A DNA stretch of 63,537 nucleotides, the filler included, from Licmophora abbreviata (lineage: Eukaryota), in the NCBI GenBank assembly GCA_900291995.1. It is 33 parts of 33 records of this genome, joined end to end, with 100 filler letters (N's around TTAATTAATTAA, not from the genome) between each part and the next. Parts side by side here need not be neighbours in the genome. Positions count along the whole stretch, not along the records: positions 60,615 to 62,420 come from OLMU01006494.1; positions 62,521 to 63,537 come from OLMU01006501.1; 31 more parts are not named here. One strand, 5' to 3'. The notes below the pieces were generated by a model. The model made no database searches. It was not told where the DNA came from and saw only the letters and a list, made by a program, of their open reading frames with translations. Positions 62,307 to 63,537 of the stretch are shown here, in pieces. A program made the translations under genes and the position numbers. The first letter of the stretch is position 1. Every line of letters starts with the position of its first letter.

Positions 62307-62520
62307 GTTCCTCACCAACCTCCGTCGGGAGTCTTTGTTGTCCCTTTCCCTCCTGTAGGTGGACGACTCCTGACACTCGCCGTTCTGGCCCATCCTCCCA
62401 ACGCACAGAGTGTCTTAAACNNNNNNNNNNNNNNNNNNNNNNNNNNNNNNNNNNNNNNNNNNNNTTAATTAATTAANNNNNNNNNNNNNNNNNNNNNNNN
62501 NNNNNNNNNNNNNNNNNNNN

Positions 62521-63537
62521 TGCCTTCTTCTGGACCACATGAAGAAGAATGGCCGGCGCAAGGTCTGGATGACCTCTAAACTACGCACGACCGCAAACTC
62601 TTCATGTATTGGTGAGCAGACAGAGCTCCCCATAAGACCATGGAGCACCGAGCCGCCTTGCTCAACCCTGCATCTTTGGCGTCCACTCCCACCGATCGAA
62701 GTGTGCCCAGTTTCTTGAAGATTTCCCTGATGATATGCGCAACCAGATCCCAAGCGTCCTTGCTCGAGACCGAGTCCACATCGATCAGCTCACGATAAAA
62801 CTGATCGACAAACTGGGCCATGTCGTCAAAGAATTCGATCGTCTGCCGAACCATCTCCTCGGCCAGATCACGCGCCTTTTCGCCTCCTTTGCCTTGGAAG
62901 GTTGCTCTGATCGACTGCAACGTGGACGACCTGAAGCGACTCGAGTGCGACCGGAGCCGGTGTAGCAAACCTTCCTGACGACCGGGTGAATCCCAGGCTT
63001 CGTGATTTGGCAGAGCAGGCAAATTGGACTCCCCCGGGGTGCCCTTGATTCCGAAGCAGGCAGGGAAGACGATACTGAATGAGGCGGTGAGCTTATCCAG
63101 ATCCGCCCGCTTGGACTTGAACTCTTCGTCAAGCACATCCGACTCATTCCGATTGAGGTTCTGAACTGGCGTCATGAAGGAGACGATGTCGTAAAAGAAC
63201 CGACGTTCCAGATTTGGCACATGATGGGTGACCCACGACTGAGCCTCTGCAAGCGAGCCCAAGAAGAACGAGTCTCCAAACGCGATCCCTTGGGAATTTA
63301 CCCGCTCCAACAGGAGGGAGTTCGTGGCCTGTAGATCCCGGATCGTTGTTTCCGATTCCTCAACTCGTCTGGCAAGCTCCTTCATCTCGGCTTTAACATC
63401 TGCCATTCCCAACGAGTTCTCTACCATGGACTCAACCTTGCCCGGGATTCGTGCTTGACCGCCGGCGACACCCTCACCGACTGGATGACCAAACTTGCCC
63501 TGGTGATTCTGAAACGCTTCCTCCAGACGGGCGTAAA
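62521..63537 (-). mobile_element. Probable gag-like ORF of a retroelement
   Basis: Coiled coil, then ASF...P..FG, LP......W, AW.LV...I..IF, LWGAL.AH..M and frameshifted FRGHP; resemblance recalled, not searched. Confidence 0.4.

Noticed and set aside
2122..62476. Regularly spaced TTAATTAATTAA palindromes resembling an array
   Set aside because: Always flanked by 44 N on each side; an artificial six-frame-stop linker.

Overview
This is not one locus. It is a pseudo-scaffold of 33 short contigs (about 1.0-2.1 kb, roughly sorted by length) joined by 32 artificial 100-bp linkers (N44-TTAATTAATTAA-N44), so adjacency across linkers has no biological meaning. Most contigs are eukaryotic and very likely from a diatom: short GT-AG introns, ASAFAP-like plastid presequences, CCCTAA telomere repeats, DGAT1, gamma-CA, RPLP2 and a silaffin-like KxxK/RXL protein. 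Many contigs are transposable elements (Harbinger, MULE, CRE-like non-LTR, three Ty1/copia fragments, several tyrosine-recombinase (YR/DIRS-like) retrotransposon fragments). Two GC-rich contigs (30431-34282) are bacterial and Rhodobacteraceae-like. Top signals: (1) a YR retrotransposon family whose gag and pol are in frame and separated by a single UAG, conserved in two diverged copies and embedded in hairpins, suggesting programmed stop-codon readthrough; (2) a second YR lineage with an apparently catalytically dead C5 DNA-methyltransferase-like domain upstream of its RT; (3) a candidate biosilica protein. All family calls come from motif recognition by eye; no database searches were run.
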